DNA from: Prosthecobacter sp.
GTDB lineage: Bacteria > Verrucomicrobiota > Verrucomicrobiia > Verrucomicrobiales > Verrucomicrobiaceae
Length of the DNA: 64,000 bases
Assembly: GCF_044232965.1 (NCBI RefSeq)
Contig: NZ_JBIIKX010000019.1
Coordinates: 15,337-79,336 of the forward strand
Reading direction: 5' to 3'
Shown: positions 24,559-34,047 of the stretch, piece by piece
Layout: each line of letters begins with the position of its first letter
How positions within the stretch are numbered: position 1 is the first letter of the stretch
Program-made: the position numbers and the translations under genes
The notes under the pieces: generated by a model
The model's database searches: none
What the model saw: the letters and a program-made list of their open reading frames with translations, nothing else
Told to the model about the DNA's origin: nothing

Positions 24559-26874
24559 TCAAGGTCGCGACAGCATCGCCTTCAATTGCAGCGCCTCGCC
24601 ATGACCAGGAGCGATGCGCAGGGCCGCGTTGAGCGCGTTGATGGCCTCTTGTTTGCGGCCTTGTTGTGCGAGGATCGTGGCGCGGGCGTAGGGGATGCCG
24701 GAGTCGCGGGGATCGGCGAGTTCGCCGCGTTGGAGCGCCTCAATGGCGCCGGGGATGTCTCCCTGGCCGTTTTTGGCGAGGCCGAGATTGTACCAGGCTC
24801 GGGCAAAGGTTGGATTGAGGCGCACGGCTTCTTGCAGTGATGCGATGACTGAAGGCATCTCGCCGGTTTCACTCAAGGCGAGGCCGAGTTCGTAGTGATA
24901 CTCGGCATGGTTGGGCGCGAGCTTGATGGCATCGCGAAGTTTGGCGATGGCGAGCTTGGTCTGGCCCGTGGTACTGTAAATCATCGCCAGATCGTGATGG
25001 AAGGGCGGGGAATTGGGATCCCAGCGGATGGCGGTTTCCATGTGCTGGATGGCCGAGATCGTGTTGCGACGGGCAAAATCGAACTGCGCGAGCTGCATCT
25101 GGCCGCTGGGCTGGTCGGCGTTCCAGTTCAGCATGTGTTGGAGGTCTTTGCCGGCGGCGGAATCGAGGTTCAATGACTCGCGCAAGGCCCAGGCGGCGGA
25201 CACTCGCACGCCACGCACCGGATCATCGAGCAAAGGCTCGATGGTGCTGCGAATGGAGCCGTTTTGCAGCAGCGGCTCCAGCGTGCGGATGGCGCTTTGA
25301 CGCACGATGGGATGCGCGTGCTGCAACTGGGCGCTGACGGCCGTTTGCACGGCGGGTTCGTTGATCCAGCGGTCGAGCAGCAGCGTGGCGCTGGCTTTCC
25401 AGTGGGGGATTTCATCGCTGCCGAGCAATGCCACGAGACCCTCGCGCGCCTCGGCATCGCCCTGGCGTGCTTTGGCGATGAGTGTGGCGCGTGTGCGGGT
25501 TTTGCGATCCATTTTCGGTCCCCACCACTTCTGCGTGGCTTCCAGCGCCCAGTCGGTGGTTTTGTCCGTGTGGCACTTGTTGCAGGCGTTCGGCACGTTG
25601 AACTGCTTCGTGAGCAGCGGGTCGGGAATGGTGAAACCGTGATCGTGGCGCGGGTGGCGCTGCATGTACACGGTCTGCGGCATGTGACAGTTGATGCATT
25701 GGTTGCCGGTGCTGGCCGTTTGATGAAAGCTGTGCGCCTCGGGCATGATGACCGGAGCGTTGGGAAAGCCGCCGGGCGTGTGGCAGCGCATGCAGAGCTG
25801 GTTGCCGGGCAGGATCGTTTTCATGCTGTGCATGTCGTGGCAGTCCATGCAGCGCACGCCGGCGTGGTGCATGCGGCTGCTGAAGAAGCTGCTGAACTCG
25901 TAGTTTTCGTCCCGAATCTGGCCGTCAGGGTAAAATGTGTCGCTCTGGTCAGTGATGGTGAGGTGGTAGTGGTCCCAGAAGGACTCGCCGGGCACGAAGT
26001 CGCCAGTGATCTCGCCGCGTCGTGCATGGCAGCCCGCGCAGTTCTCGATGTGCTGGTCGCGTGACCATTTCACGATTGTGGGATCGCCTTTGATTCCACG
26101 GTTGGTGCGCTGCCACTCGTTGTGCGGCTTCATCGGGCCATGGCAGGACTCGCAGCTCACGGACATCTCAGCCATGGTGGTCTTGTAGCTGTCGGTGCTG
26201 GCGTCGTAGTTTTTGCGCAGGCGGGTGTTGTGGCAGGTGGCGCACATCTGGTTCCACACCATGCCGCGGCCGGTCCAGTGGCCCCATTCACCCGGTTTGC
26301 GGTCCTCGTTGCCGTAGACATTGAACCACTCGTTCTTGTTGGGATCAAGGCAGGCTTCCATGGCCTGCAGACGTCCGTTGCCACCATCGACAAGGAACTG
26401 ACGCAGCGGATCGTGGCCGATCACACGTTCGACTCGATAAGGCGTGATCTTGTCGCCAAAACCAAGGGCGATGAGCTCGTAGTCGCTGCCTGTCTTGCGT
26501 GTCTCGGTGGTCTGCGAGCCGTGCTTAAAGCTGCGAGTCGGCACAAACGCGGGATCGTCGAGTTTGGCGTCCGGTTTGCGCTCGGCGAGGCCGTGGTGCG
26601 AACCGAGCCACTTGGTGAATTGATCCGCGTGACATTCCTTGCAGCTCTCCGAGCCTGCGTACTGTGCAAAGGCCGCCTTTTCATCCGGCATGACGAACGG
26701 CTCGGCCTTGGCGAGAGAAATAGGCATCGAAACTGGCAGCGGTGTGAACTTTTTCTGCGGTCGCAGCACCCAGCCCAGTATAGTGAGGAATCCCAGACCG
26801 CACACCGCCATGATGACTCCCGCTTTCCACGAGGACGGAGGAGGTGTGGGCGCTGGCGGGGCTTTTTTCTTCAT
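24559..26874 (-). CDS. Membrane-anchored octaheme c-type cytochrome fused to HEAT-like and TPR repeats
   Basis: It has eight CxxCH motifs: CKECH, CATCH, CESCH, CAGCH, CMDCH, CMRCH, CINCH and CNKCH. There is an N-terminal TM segment VIMAVCGLGFLTILGWVL. A HEAT-like region follows, and the last ~250 aa hold several TPR repeats. Confidence 0.9.
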   Translation of the reverse strand: MKKKAPPAPTPPPSSWKAGVIMAVCGLGFLTILGWVLRPQKKFTPLPVSMPISLAKAEPFVMPDEKAAFAQYAGSESCKECHADQFTKWLGSHHGLAERKPDAKLDDPAFVPTRSFKHGSQTTETRKTGSDYELIALGFGDKITPYRVERVIGHDPLRQFLVDGGNGRLQAMEACLDPNKNEWFNVYGNEDRKPGEWGHWTGRGMVWNQMCATCHNTRLRKNYDASTDSYKTTMAEMSVSCESCHGPMKPHNEWQRTNRGIKGDPTIVKWSRDQHIENCAGCHARRGEITGDFVPGESFWDHYHLTITDQSDTFYPDGQIRDENYEFSSFFSSRMHHAGVRCMDCHDMHSMKTILPGNQLCMRCHTPGGFPNAPVIMPEAHSFHQTASTGNQCINCHMPQTVYMQRHPRHDHGFTIPDPLLTKQFNVPNACNKCHTDKTTDWALEATQKWWGPKMDRKTRTRATLIAKARQGDAEAREGLVALLGSDEIPHWKASATLLLDRWINEPAVQTAVSAQLQHAHPIVRQSAIRTLEPLLQNGSIRSTIEPLLDDPVRGVRVSAAWALRESLNLDSAAGKDLQHMLNWNADQPSGQMQLAQFDFARRNTISAIQHMETAIRWDPNSPPFHHDLAMIYSTTGQTKLAIAKLRDAIKLAPNHAEYHYELGLALSETGEMPSVIASLQEAVRLNPTFARAWYNLGLAKNGQGDIPGAIEALQRGELADPRDSGIPYARATILAQQGRKQEAINALNAALRIAPGHGEALQLKAMLSRP

Positions 26875-26925
26875 GCGTGCGCCAGATTAGGCGGACGCGA
26901 CAACGGCGCAAGACACGCTGAAGAA

Positions 26926-28380
26926 TCAGAAATCGAGGTAGATCTCGGCGCGGCGATTGCGGCTGCGGCCTTCGGGGTCGTCGGTGCCGTCGGATTTTTT
27001 GTTCGGGCTGAGCGGCTGTGCCTTGCCCATGCCTTCGGTTTCCACCTGCGCGGCAGGCACGCCGAGAGCGACGAGCTGCTGCTTCACGGTTTCAGCGCGG
27101 TTGCGAGAGAGATTGATGTTGTAGTAATCCGCGCCTTTTTCGTCCGTGTGACCGGCGATCCGCAGTTTTTTCGACGGGTCGGCCTTCATCAATGCGGCAA
27201 TGACCTCGATTTGCTTCTGGGCGCGGGGGTGCAGCTCGGCGCGGTCATATTCAAAGTAGAGGGCCAGGGATTCGCCGCCTTTCGGGTTCTTCACGATGGG
27301 CGTGTAGGGCACGCCGAGTTTCGAGGCGTTTTTGGCGAAGGAACCGAGGATGTCGGAGAGATTCAACCCGGCCACCTTCCATGGCTGGGCGGTGTCGGCA
27401 CGTTTGAGCTCGACGCCGAACTCGGTGGTCTGCTGCAACTCCTCGGACTGCACCTGTGCGATGACCCAGGACACCTCCGGGTTGGCGATGGTGACGATGA
27501 GCGGCTTGCTGGCATTGAGCGAGTACTTGCCCTCTTCAAACACGATGCAGAGCCCGACGAGTCGCTCGACGGGCACCTTGGTCTCATCCACAAATTTGCG
27601 CGCGGCGGCGAAGTCGTGCTTCAGCAGGTGGCTGACGAAATCACTGGCAAAGGCGAGCGCGTCTGAGCTTTCCTCGACAGCGAAAAGCTGCCTCATCGGA
27701 GCGAGCGTGCCGGGCGCGGGCGGCGTGGCACTGGTGGCGGCAGGTGTGGCCGAAGGCTGCGGCAGACTGGCGACGGCGGCGCTCATTTCCTTCGGCAGCA
27801 TGGCCTTGGCGATCTTCCACCCCATGCGCTCGTCACGTTCAAGATCGAGCTGGATGCTGAGGGTTTCGCTCGATCCGGGTTTGGTGAAGGGAATGGCGAT
27901 GCGGGTGCGATTCTCCACCAAGCCGAGCAGCGCCACCTGATTTTCGGTCCCGGGCTTGTAGCCCATGGTTGCGAGTTCCTTGAAAAGCATCGCGGCATTG
28001 TCCGACTGCGCGGCGTCTGCGGCGGCAGCGAGTTTGCCTGCGGTGGTGAAGTCGCCGGTGGCGAGGCTGCGGACGAGCTGCTTGCCCAGATCCAGCGGAC
28101 GGGCGAAGCCGAAGGACACTGGCGCAGGCGGCGGGGTGGGCGGGGGCGCTTTGGGAACAGATGTGGCGACCGGCTTGGCAGGTTCTTGTTTTGCTGCTGC
28201 CGGTTTAGCCGCAGCGACGGCGGCGGTCGCCTCAGTCTCTTTTTGCGCCACCATTTTCTTCCGGGTAAAGAGGAAAAAGATCGCCGTGCTCAAAACGAGT
28301 GCGGCGACGACAATGAGCACGGGAACAAGACTGCCGCCAAAACGAGTGCGGGAGAAAACAGGGCGGTAAGGGAGTTGCAT
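26926..28380 (-). CDS. OmpA-family protein with an N-terminal TM helix (MotB/Pal-like peptidoglycan-binding C-terminus)
   Basis: The C-terminus is FEYDRAEL...GHTDEKGADYYNINLSRNRAETV...NRRAEIYL. It has an N-terminal TM helix and a Pro/Ala linker. The start is taken at the ATG at 28378-28380. Confidence 0.88.
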   Translation of the reverse strand: MQLPYRPVFSRTRFGGSLVPVLIVVAALVLSTAIFFLFTRKKMVAQKETEATAAVAAAKPAAAKQEPAKPVATSVPKAPPPTPPPAPVSFGFARPLDLGKQLVRSLATGDFTTAGKLAAAADAAQSDNAAMLFKELATMGYKPGTENQVALLGLVENRTRIAIPFTKPGSSETLSIQLDLERDERMGWKIAKAMLPKEMSAAVASLPQPSATPAATSATPPAPGTLAPMRQLFAVEESSDALAFASDFVSHLLKHDFAAARKFVDETKVPVERLVGLCIVFEEGKYSLNASKPLIVTIANPEVSWVIAQVQSEELQQTTEFGVELKRADTAQPWKVAGLNLSDILGSFAKNASKLGVPYTPIVKNPKGGESLALYFEYDRAELHPRAQKQIEVIAALMKADPSKKLRIAGHTDEKGADYYNINLSRNRAETVKQQLVALGVPAAQVETEGMGKAQPLSPNKKSDGTDDPEGRSRNRRAEIYLDF

Positions 28381-28466
28381 GGCCGGGAGTAGGCTGACCT
28401 TAGACAGCAGCAAAGATGCCACCACAGGTGGTGATGAAGCAAGGGCTATTCTTGTGCCACAGGGGC

Positions 28467-29330
28467 TTAGCGCTTATCCTCATTTGCGGGGACGACCTCG
28501 CCACCACGCATTTTGCTCTTCAGGCGGGACCAGAAATCATCTGACGGTTTCGCGGCCGCGTCGCCTCCGCCCACAGCCGAACTGGCGCTGAAAGCAGGCA
28601 CGGCAACCCCAGCAGAGCGCGAGCCGCCACTGTCCACATCTGCCAGGGAGCGGCCGTAGGGGGCGAAGTTGTTGACCGGCACGTCGTATTTTTGGGCGCT
28701 GGAGGAAAGCGCGCGGTGAGCGTTGATGAAGGCCGTGGGACTGTAATAGTTCGATGAGTCGCGGGCGAATGAACTGCGGTTCATGCCGATGTGCAGATTT
28801 TTCCGCATCTCGAAGTGCAAATGCACAAAATACATGCCGTTGTTGCCGCCCATGGTGCCCACGAGCTGTCCTTTTTCGACCAGATCATGCAGCCGCACCT
28901 TGCGTTCGTGAAGATGGGCGTAGAGGGAGTCCACCATCGCGATGCGGCCGTCCTGCTCGCGGTAAACATGGCGAACGAGGATGCAGTTTCCCCAGCCGAC
29001 GCCGATGTTTTGGGAGAAGATCACCACGCCGCGCGCGGCAGCGTAAATCGGCGCGCCGAGGTCGCTGTCACCGCCGCCTTTGCCATTCCAGTCCTCACCG
29101 AGGTGTCCGTTGGGCCAGTAACCACGGGATTTGTAGAAGCCTTCGGCATCCGGCTTGCCCACAGGAAAATCAAAGCCGTCCGCCAGGCGAACCCGGATGG
29201 TGGAACCTGACTGGGCGGTGACGTTGGTTGTCAGCAGCAGGCAGGCGGCGCAAAACCACAGCATGGCGCACCAAGCCGGACGGTATCGGCACATAAAAAG
29301 ATGGAGTGGGCTGGGGGCACTGGCTGGCAT
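28467..29330 (-). CDS. M23-family metallopeptidase
   Basis: It has HLGEDW (HxxxD) and VHLHFEM (HxH) motifs. The start is uncertain, with candidate ATGs at 29330, 29294 and 29264. Confidence 0.85.
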   Translation of the reverse strand: MPASAPSPLHLFMCRYRPAWCAMLWFCAACLLLTTNVTAQSGSTIRVRLADGFDFPVGKPDAEGFYKSRGYWPNGHLGEDWNGKGGGDSDLGAPIYAAARGVVIFSQNIGVGWGNCILVRHVYREQDGRIAMVDSLYAHLHERKVRLHDLVEKGQLVGTMGGNNGMYFVHLHFEMRKNLHIGMNRSSFARDSSNYYSPTAFINAHRALSSSAQKYDVPVNNFAPYGRSLADVDSGGSRSAGVAVPAFSASSAVGGGDAAAKPSDDFWSRLKSKMRGGEVVPANEDKR

Positions 29331-29525
29331 GCCTGAAAAGGGTCTTGAGGTTAGCCAACTTCGTCGCAAAGGCCAGCTTGAAAACAATCTCTCTGCAAGA
29401 GATGACTGAGCTGAGGCGAAATTTCCAGAGTGATTGCAGCGAGTGAAGCTCACGGGCTTGCAAAGCTCCCGGCCAAGCCTGAAAGTCCACTTTCTCAATC
29501 TGCTTCACACCACCACCCCTTTTCC

Positions 29526-30329
29526 ATGCCAGACTGGCTCGCGATCATCCTCCTCGGCATCATTGAAGGTGTCACCGAATTCCTGCCCATCTCCTCCACC
29601 GGGCATCTGCTCATCCCGCAAAATCTTGGGTGGCTGCCAAATAAGAGCGATCTTTTCAATGTGGTGATTCAGAGCGGCGCGGTGCTGGCGGTGCTGGCGG
29701 TCTTCACGCAGCGAGTGAAACATCTCGCCACGACGCTTGGAGATGCCAGGACGCGTGATTATTTGCTCAAGTTGCTCGTGTCGTTCTTCATCACTGCCGT
29801 CGGTGGTCTGGCGATCAAGAAACTCGACATTGAGCTGCCGGAGACGATTCCACCTGTGGCCTGGGCCACGTTGATCGGCGGCGTGATCATCCTTGTGCTG
29901 GAATTTCTGCACAAAGGCAAGACCGGCGTGCCGGACGTCACCTGGACGGTCGTGGTGGCGGTGGCGCTGGCGCAGCTCCTCGCGGCGGTGTTTCCCGGCA
30001 CCTCCCGCTCAGGAGCCAGCATCCTGATGGCGATGGCCTTTGGCGTCGCCCGGCCTGCGGCCACCGAGTTTTCGTTTTTGCTCGGCATTCCCACACTGAT
30101 GGCCGCCGGGGGCTTCAAAATCCTCTCTGCCATCAAGGATGGCGAGGCGGGGAATGAGGACTGGGCGATGGTGGCGCTCGGCACGCTGGTGTCCGGCCTT
30201 TCGGCCTTCATCGTGGTGAAATGGCTCATCCGCTTCGTGCAGAGCCACACATTCAACGGCTTCGCCTGGTACCGCATCGCGCTCGGCGGTGCGTTGATCG
30301 CCTGGGCGTCCACCGGAGGGGGGCACTGA
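29526..30329 (+). CDS. uppP: Undecaprenyl-diphosphate phosphatase
   Basis: MPDWLAIILLGIIEGVTEFLPISSTGHL and PGTSRSGASI are BacA/UppP signatures. Confidence 0.95.
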   Translation: MPDWLAIILLGIIEGVTEFLPISSTGHLLIPQNLGWLPNKSDLFNVVIQSGAVLAVLAVFTQRVKHLATTLGDARTRDYLLKLLVSFFITAVGGLAIKKLDIELPETIPPVAWATLIGGVIILVLEFLHKGKTGVPDVTWTVVVAVALAQLLAAVFPGTSRSGASILMAMAFGVARPAATEFSFLLGIPTLMAAGGFKILSAIKDGEAGNEDWAMVALGTLVSGLSAFIVVKWLIRFVQSHTFNGFAWYRIALGGALIAWASTGGGH

Positions 30330-30330
30330 A

Positions 30331-30900
30331 ATGCGGGCGATGTTCCAGGGCTGGTTCCGGCGTTCGGTCTTCAAGACCATCCGCTTTCTCAAACACCCGC
30401 GCAAACTGCGGGACAGGCCCGCCATGCGCTGGTTCGCACGGCATTTTCTCGACAAACGCGTCTGGCGGCCCACGCAGCACACACTGTCCGGCGGCATGGC
30501 GGTAGGCATGTTCATCACGTTGCAACTGCTGCCCATCCAGATGCCCACTGCCACCATCCTGTCTGCCATTTTTCGGGTGAACATCCCCGTCGCCATCGCC
30601 CTCTGCTGGCTAAGTAATCCGTTCACCATCCCTTTCATAGCCTGGCTGGAGTACCTCATCGGCAAATGGTTTCTGGCGCTGTACACCACCGTGCCGACCA
30701 CGCCGTTTCCCAGTGAGCTGCCGGATTCGATGGTGGATGCCTGGATCGTGCTCAAGGAGCATGCGCCCGTCATGCTGATGGGCGGCATCATCCTCGGGGC
30801 GGCCGGTGCCTTGGTCAGTTACATTGCCACCTGGGGTGGCTGGGAGATTACCAGCCGGATGGAAATCGCCAAAAAGCTGCGTGTGGCTAAAGCACCATGA
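30331..30900 (+). CDS. DUF2062 domain membrane protein
   Basis: It starts 1 nt after the uppP stop. It has GGMAVGMFITLQLLPIQMPTATILSAIFRVNIPVAIALCWLSNPFT, the typical DUF2062 core. Confidence 0.75.
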   Translation: MRAMFQGWFRRSVFKTIRFLKHPRKLRDRPAMRWFARHFLDKRVWRPTQHTLSGGMAVGMFITLQLLPIQMPTATILSAIFRVNIPVAIALCWLSNPFTIPFIAWLEYLIGKWFLALYTTVPTTPFPSELPDSMVDAWIVLKEHAPVMLMGGIILGAAGALVSYIATWGGWEITSRMEIAKKLRVAKAP

Positions 30901-30986
30901 GCTTTTTGCCACTTCGCCGCCGGAGGGGCGTGAAAAACCTTGTTCCTAGGCGCGCTTTGCGTTCTCATCCTGGCATCGCATCGAAA

Positions 30987-31472
30987 ATGACCGACGCCGA
31001 ACGCAAAATCATCGCCGCCCAGGGTTATGTGGAGCTGGGTCTCTATGAGGAGGCCCGGGAAGAGCTGTCTCCGCTGCCTGCGGCGATGCATGAACGTGTG
31101 GATGTCATTGAGATCATGCTGCTCTGCCTCATGGGGCGGCAGCAATGGGCCGGGGCGCTGGCGCTGGCCACCAAGCTCTGCCAGCAGGAGCCGGCTGAGC
31201 CCGGTGGCTACATTCATGCGGCTTTTTGCCTGCATGAGCTGGGAAAGACCACCGAGGCCGTCGATGTGCTTTCGCGTGGCCCCGCCTCTCTGCGCACGAA
31301 GCCGGTGTTCTATTACAACATGGGCTGCTATCACGCCCGCCTCGGTCATTTCGACCAATCGCTTTCTTATTTGGAGCGCGCTTTCGAGATGGACGGCGAC
31401 CTGCGCCAGCATGCGAAGAAGGACCGCGATCTCGACGCCCTCCGTGTCCGTTTGGAGGCCCAACACGCATGA
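30987..31472 (+). CDS. Small TPR-repeat protein
   Basis: It has TPR-like helical repeats (AQGYVELGLYEEAREEL..., FYYNMGCYHARLGHFDQSLSYLERAFEMD). I prefer the start at the ATG at 30987. Confidence 0.65.
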   Translation: MTDAERKIIAAQGYVELGLYEEAREELSPLPAAMHERVDVIEIMLLCLMGRQQWAGALALATKLCQQEPAEPGGYIHAAFCLHELGKTTEAVDVLSRGPASLRTKPVFYYNMGCYHARLGHFDQSLSYLERAFEMDGDLRQHAKKDRDLDALRVRLEAQHA

Positions 31473-32644
31473 GCGCGCCAGCCAGTGCCGAGAATCTCCA
31501 GGCCGTGCGGGCCTGGTTTGAGGAAAGCTTCCGCACACGCTGGGAGATGGGGGCCTCTGTCTCCATCTGGCAGCATGGTCGCGAGGTGCTGAGCCTTTCG
31601 CACGGCCATTGTGACCGCGCCCGCACGCGGGTGTGGGATGAAAACACGCTCGTGCCCGTCTGGTCCGCCACCAAAGGCCCGGCCGCTGTCTGCTGCCTGC
31701 TCGCGCTCGAAGAAGCCGGCATCCCGCTGGATTGTCCGGTGTCTGAAGTGTGGCCGGAGTTCGTCGGCGGTGGCAAATCGAACGTCGCCTTCGTTCATCT
31801 GCTCACACACACCGCCGGTCTATGTGCGCTGGATGTGCGCACGCCGATCTACAATTACGAGGCTGTCGTCGAGGCGCTGGAGCGCCAGCATCCGCTGTGG
31901 GAGCCGGGCATGCGCCAGGGCTATCACGCGCGCACCTTTGGCTTCCTGCTCGATGAAGTCGTCCGCCGTCTGGCCGAGACCGAATCTCTTGGCGAATACT
32001 TCCGCGAGGTTTTCGGCAGCCCCATGGCGCTCGATTTTTGGATTGGACTGCCTAGCGCGCAGTGGGACCGGGTTTCTCCCGTTTATCCCGGTAAAATCAG
32101 CATTTCCAACAGCGACCAGCCCTTCATCAAGGCCTTCAACACCGCCGGCTCGCTCACGCAGCGCACCTTCACCTCGCCCTTCGGCCTGAACGCCGTGAAC
32201 GACTTCAATCAAAGCGAAATGTGGGCGCGTGGCTACGCCAGCATGGGTGGTGTCGGCAGCGCGCGTGGTCTGGCGCAATTCTACAGCATGCTCGCCCAGG
32301 GCGGGCGCTGGAACGACGCGCAGATCATCCCGGAGTCCGTCGTCCGTCATCTTGAGCAGACGCTCACGCAGGAAAATGACGCGGTTTTGCTCACGCCCAT
32401 CGCCTTCTCCGCTGGAATGATGCAAGATCCGCTGAACGAAGATCCCGAGTCCGACGGCGGCAAGCTGCGCCAGCTTTACGGACCCAGCCGTCGTGCCTTT
32501 GGTCATCCTGGCGCGGGCGGCAGTCTCGCCTTTGCCGATCCAGAGAACGGCATCGGTTTCGCCTACGTCATGAATCAAATGGAGGTCGGCGCTTTGCCAG
32601 GCGAGCGCGTGCAGGGGCTGGTGAAGGCGCTGTACGGAATCTGA
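31469..32644 (+). CDS. Serine hydrolase (beta-lactamase/transpeptidase-like fold)
   Basis: It has an SxxK motif (VWSATKG), is 391 aa long, and has a C-terminal FGHPGAGGS. Its start overlaps the upstream stop in an ATGA. Confidence 0.85.
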   Translation: MSAPASAENLQAVRAWFEESFRTRWEMGASVSIWQHGREVLSLSHGHCDRARTRVWDENTLVPVWSATKGPAAVCCLLALEEAGIPLDCPVSEVWPEFVGGGKSNVAFVHLLTHTAGLCALDVRTPIYNYEAVVEALERQHPLWEPGMRQGYHARTFGFLLDEVVRRLAETESLGEYFREVFGSPMALDFWIGLPSAQWDRVSPVYPGKISISNSDQPFIKAFNTAGSLTQRTFTSPFGLNAVNDFNQSEMWARGYASMGGVGSARGLAQFYSMLAQGGRWNDAQIIPESVVRHLEQTLTQENDAVLLTPIAFSAGMMQDPLNEDPESDGGKLRQLYGPSRRAFGHPGAGGSLAFADPENGIGFAYVMNQMEVGALPGERVQGLVKALYGI

Positions 32645-33817
32645 TCACTCGACGACGTCGTGCTTGCCCTCGTTGACCGCGATGGCCTTCATCCCGCTGC
32701 TGGTGATGCGGTTCGCCTTTACGATCTGACCTTCGCCGGAAAGGATGATGCCGTTTTTGCCGCTGCCGGTGATCTCGTTCTGCACGATGGTGTTGCCTTT
32801 CGTGCCGGTGGCGATCTGCACGGCGTTGCCCTTCGTGCTCTCGAACACATTTTGCGCGATGATGTTGCCCTCGTTCAGGCCCGGCTGCTTGCACCAGCGC
32901 CACAGGTTGATGCCCGTGCCGCATTCGCGGAAGTCGTTCCCGGCCACGAGGCAGTCCTTCGCGTCGTTCAATTCCACGCCAGTCAGGCTGCGGGCGATGT
33001 GGTTGTGCGTGGCGATGGATTTCACCGTGAAGTGGTCAAAGTCGATCGCCTCGTCCGAGGTGTCGCGGATCGTGCAACCGTCGATCTCAGCGCTTTCCAC
33101 CGAGTAGAGCGCGATGCCGCGTCCGTGGCAGTTCTGGATGAAGCAGCGTGAGATGCGCAGCTTTTTCACCTGCGGTCCCGTGGGCCCCTTTTCATAACTA
33201 TAGACTCCGGCGGCAAAGATCGCGCAAAGCTGCGCATGACCGCGGATTGGCGGATCGCTTTCCACCCGCCCTCCATCCAGCGTGAGTTTATCGAGATGCA
33301 CCTCCTCGCTGGCTCCACGAATCTCGATCAAGTTCGGCGCGTCCTCATGGCGGATCATGGTGCCATCGGGAACCGGGAATTTGAGCGGCGCTTCGAGTTG
33401 GATCGCATCGTTCTCCGCCGTTTTCACGACGGCGAGATGATAGGGCCTGGGTTTCTTCGTGAACGAGTCCGTCTCACCATCCGCCTCGATCTTCAACCGC
33501 ATGCCGGGCTTGAAGCCGCGCTGTGTTTTGACTGCGATGCTCAACGCTCCTGCTTCGGAGACGCCAGAAGCGACAGCGTAAGCCACCGGTGGCAGCTTTA
33601 GCACCGTTTCCTCCGCATCCAGGCCGATGAGGCGCAGCTTCTTTGCGTCCTTAAGCACCAGGCCACGTTCGATCATGTGCACACCGGGCGGGATGACCAC
33701 CTCGCCGCCTCCTGCCTTGATCGCCTCGTCAATGTAACGTTGGATTTCAGCTTCGGGGAGTGCGCTGGCGTGTTGGCTGACCAGCAGGAGTGGAATGAGA
33801 AGCAGAGGCCAGTTCAT
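32645..33817 (-). CDS. Secreted right-handed parallel beta-helix repeat protein
   Basis: It has a signal peptide MNWPLLLIPLLLVSQHASA. It also has repeated NxxxG/I turn motifs (e.g. IAQNVFESTKGNAVQIATGTKGNTIVQNEITGSGKNGIIL). Confidence 0.8.
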   Translation of the reverse strand: MNWPLLLIPLLLVSQHASALPEAEIQRYIDEAIKAGGGEVVIPPGVHMIERGLVLKDAKKLRLIGLDAEETVLKLPPVAYAVASGVSEAGALSIAVKTQRGFKPGMRLKIEADGETDSFTKKPRPYHLAVVKTAENDAIQLEAPLKFPVPDGTMIRHEDAPNLIEIRGASEEVHLDKLTLDGGRVESDPPIRGHAQLCAIFAAGVYSYEKGPTGPQVKKLRISRCFIQNCHGRGIALYSVESAEIDGCTIRDTSDEAIDFDHFTVKSIATHNHIARSLTGVELNDAKDCLVAGNDFRECGTGINLWRWCKQPGLNEGNIIAQNVFESTKGNAVQIATGTKGNTIVQNEITGSGKNGIILSGEGQIVKANRITSSGMKAIAVNEGKHDVVE

Positions 33818-33891
33818 GGAAGAGTTGTGTGTGATTGAATCGCTCCGCCGCTGGCTTTTTTCGCCTTCTTTCGTTTCTTTCGGCCATCCCC

Positions 33892-34047
33892 ATGAAGTTT
33901 CTCTCCCGTCCCGGCTTCTATCTCATCGCCCTGCTCATCGCCACGATGCTGCTGCTCACGCTGTGGTTGAACTGGAAGCTCGACACGCTGCCGAAGCATG
34001 ATGTGAAACAAGAAACCGCCCCCGCCGCCGTTTCAACCCGACCATGA
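33892..34047 (+). CDS. Small single-TM protein translationally coupled to the sulfatase
   Basis: MKFLSRPGFYLIALLIATMLLLTLWLNWKL... is 51 aa, and its stop overlaps the sulfatase ATG (ATGA). There is no homology evidence. Confidence 0.35.
   Translation: MKFLSRPGFYLIALLIATMLLLTLWLNWKLDTLPKHDVKQETAPAAVSTRP

Noticed and set aside
26122-27666. 514-aa ORF on the plus strand (and 25264-26064)
   Set aside because: It is antisense to the octaheme cytochrome and OmpA-family genes. The eight CxxCH motifs and the OmpA signature identify the minus strand as coding.
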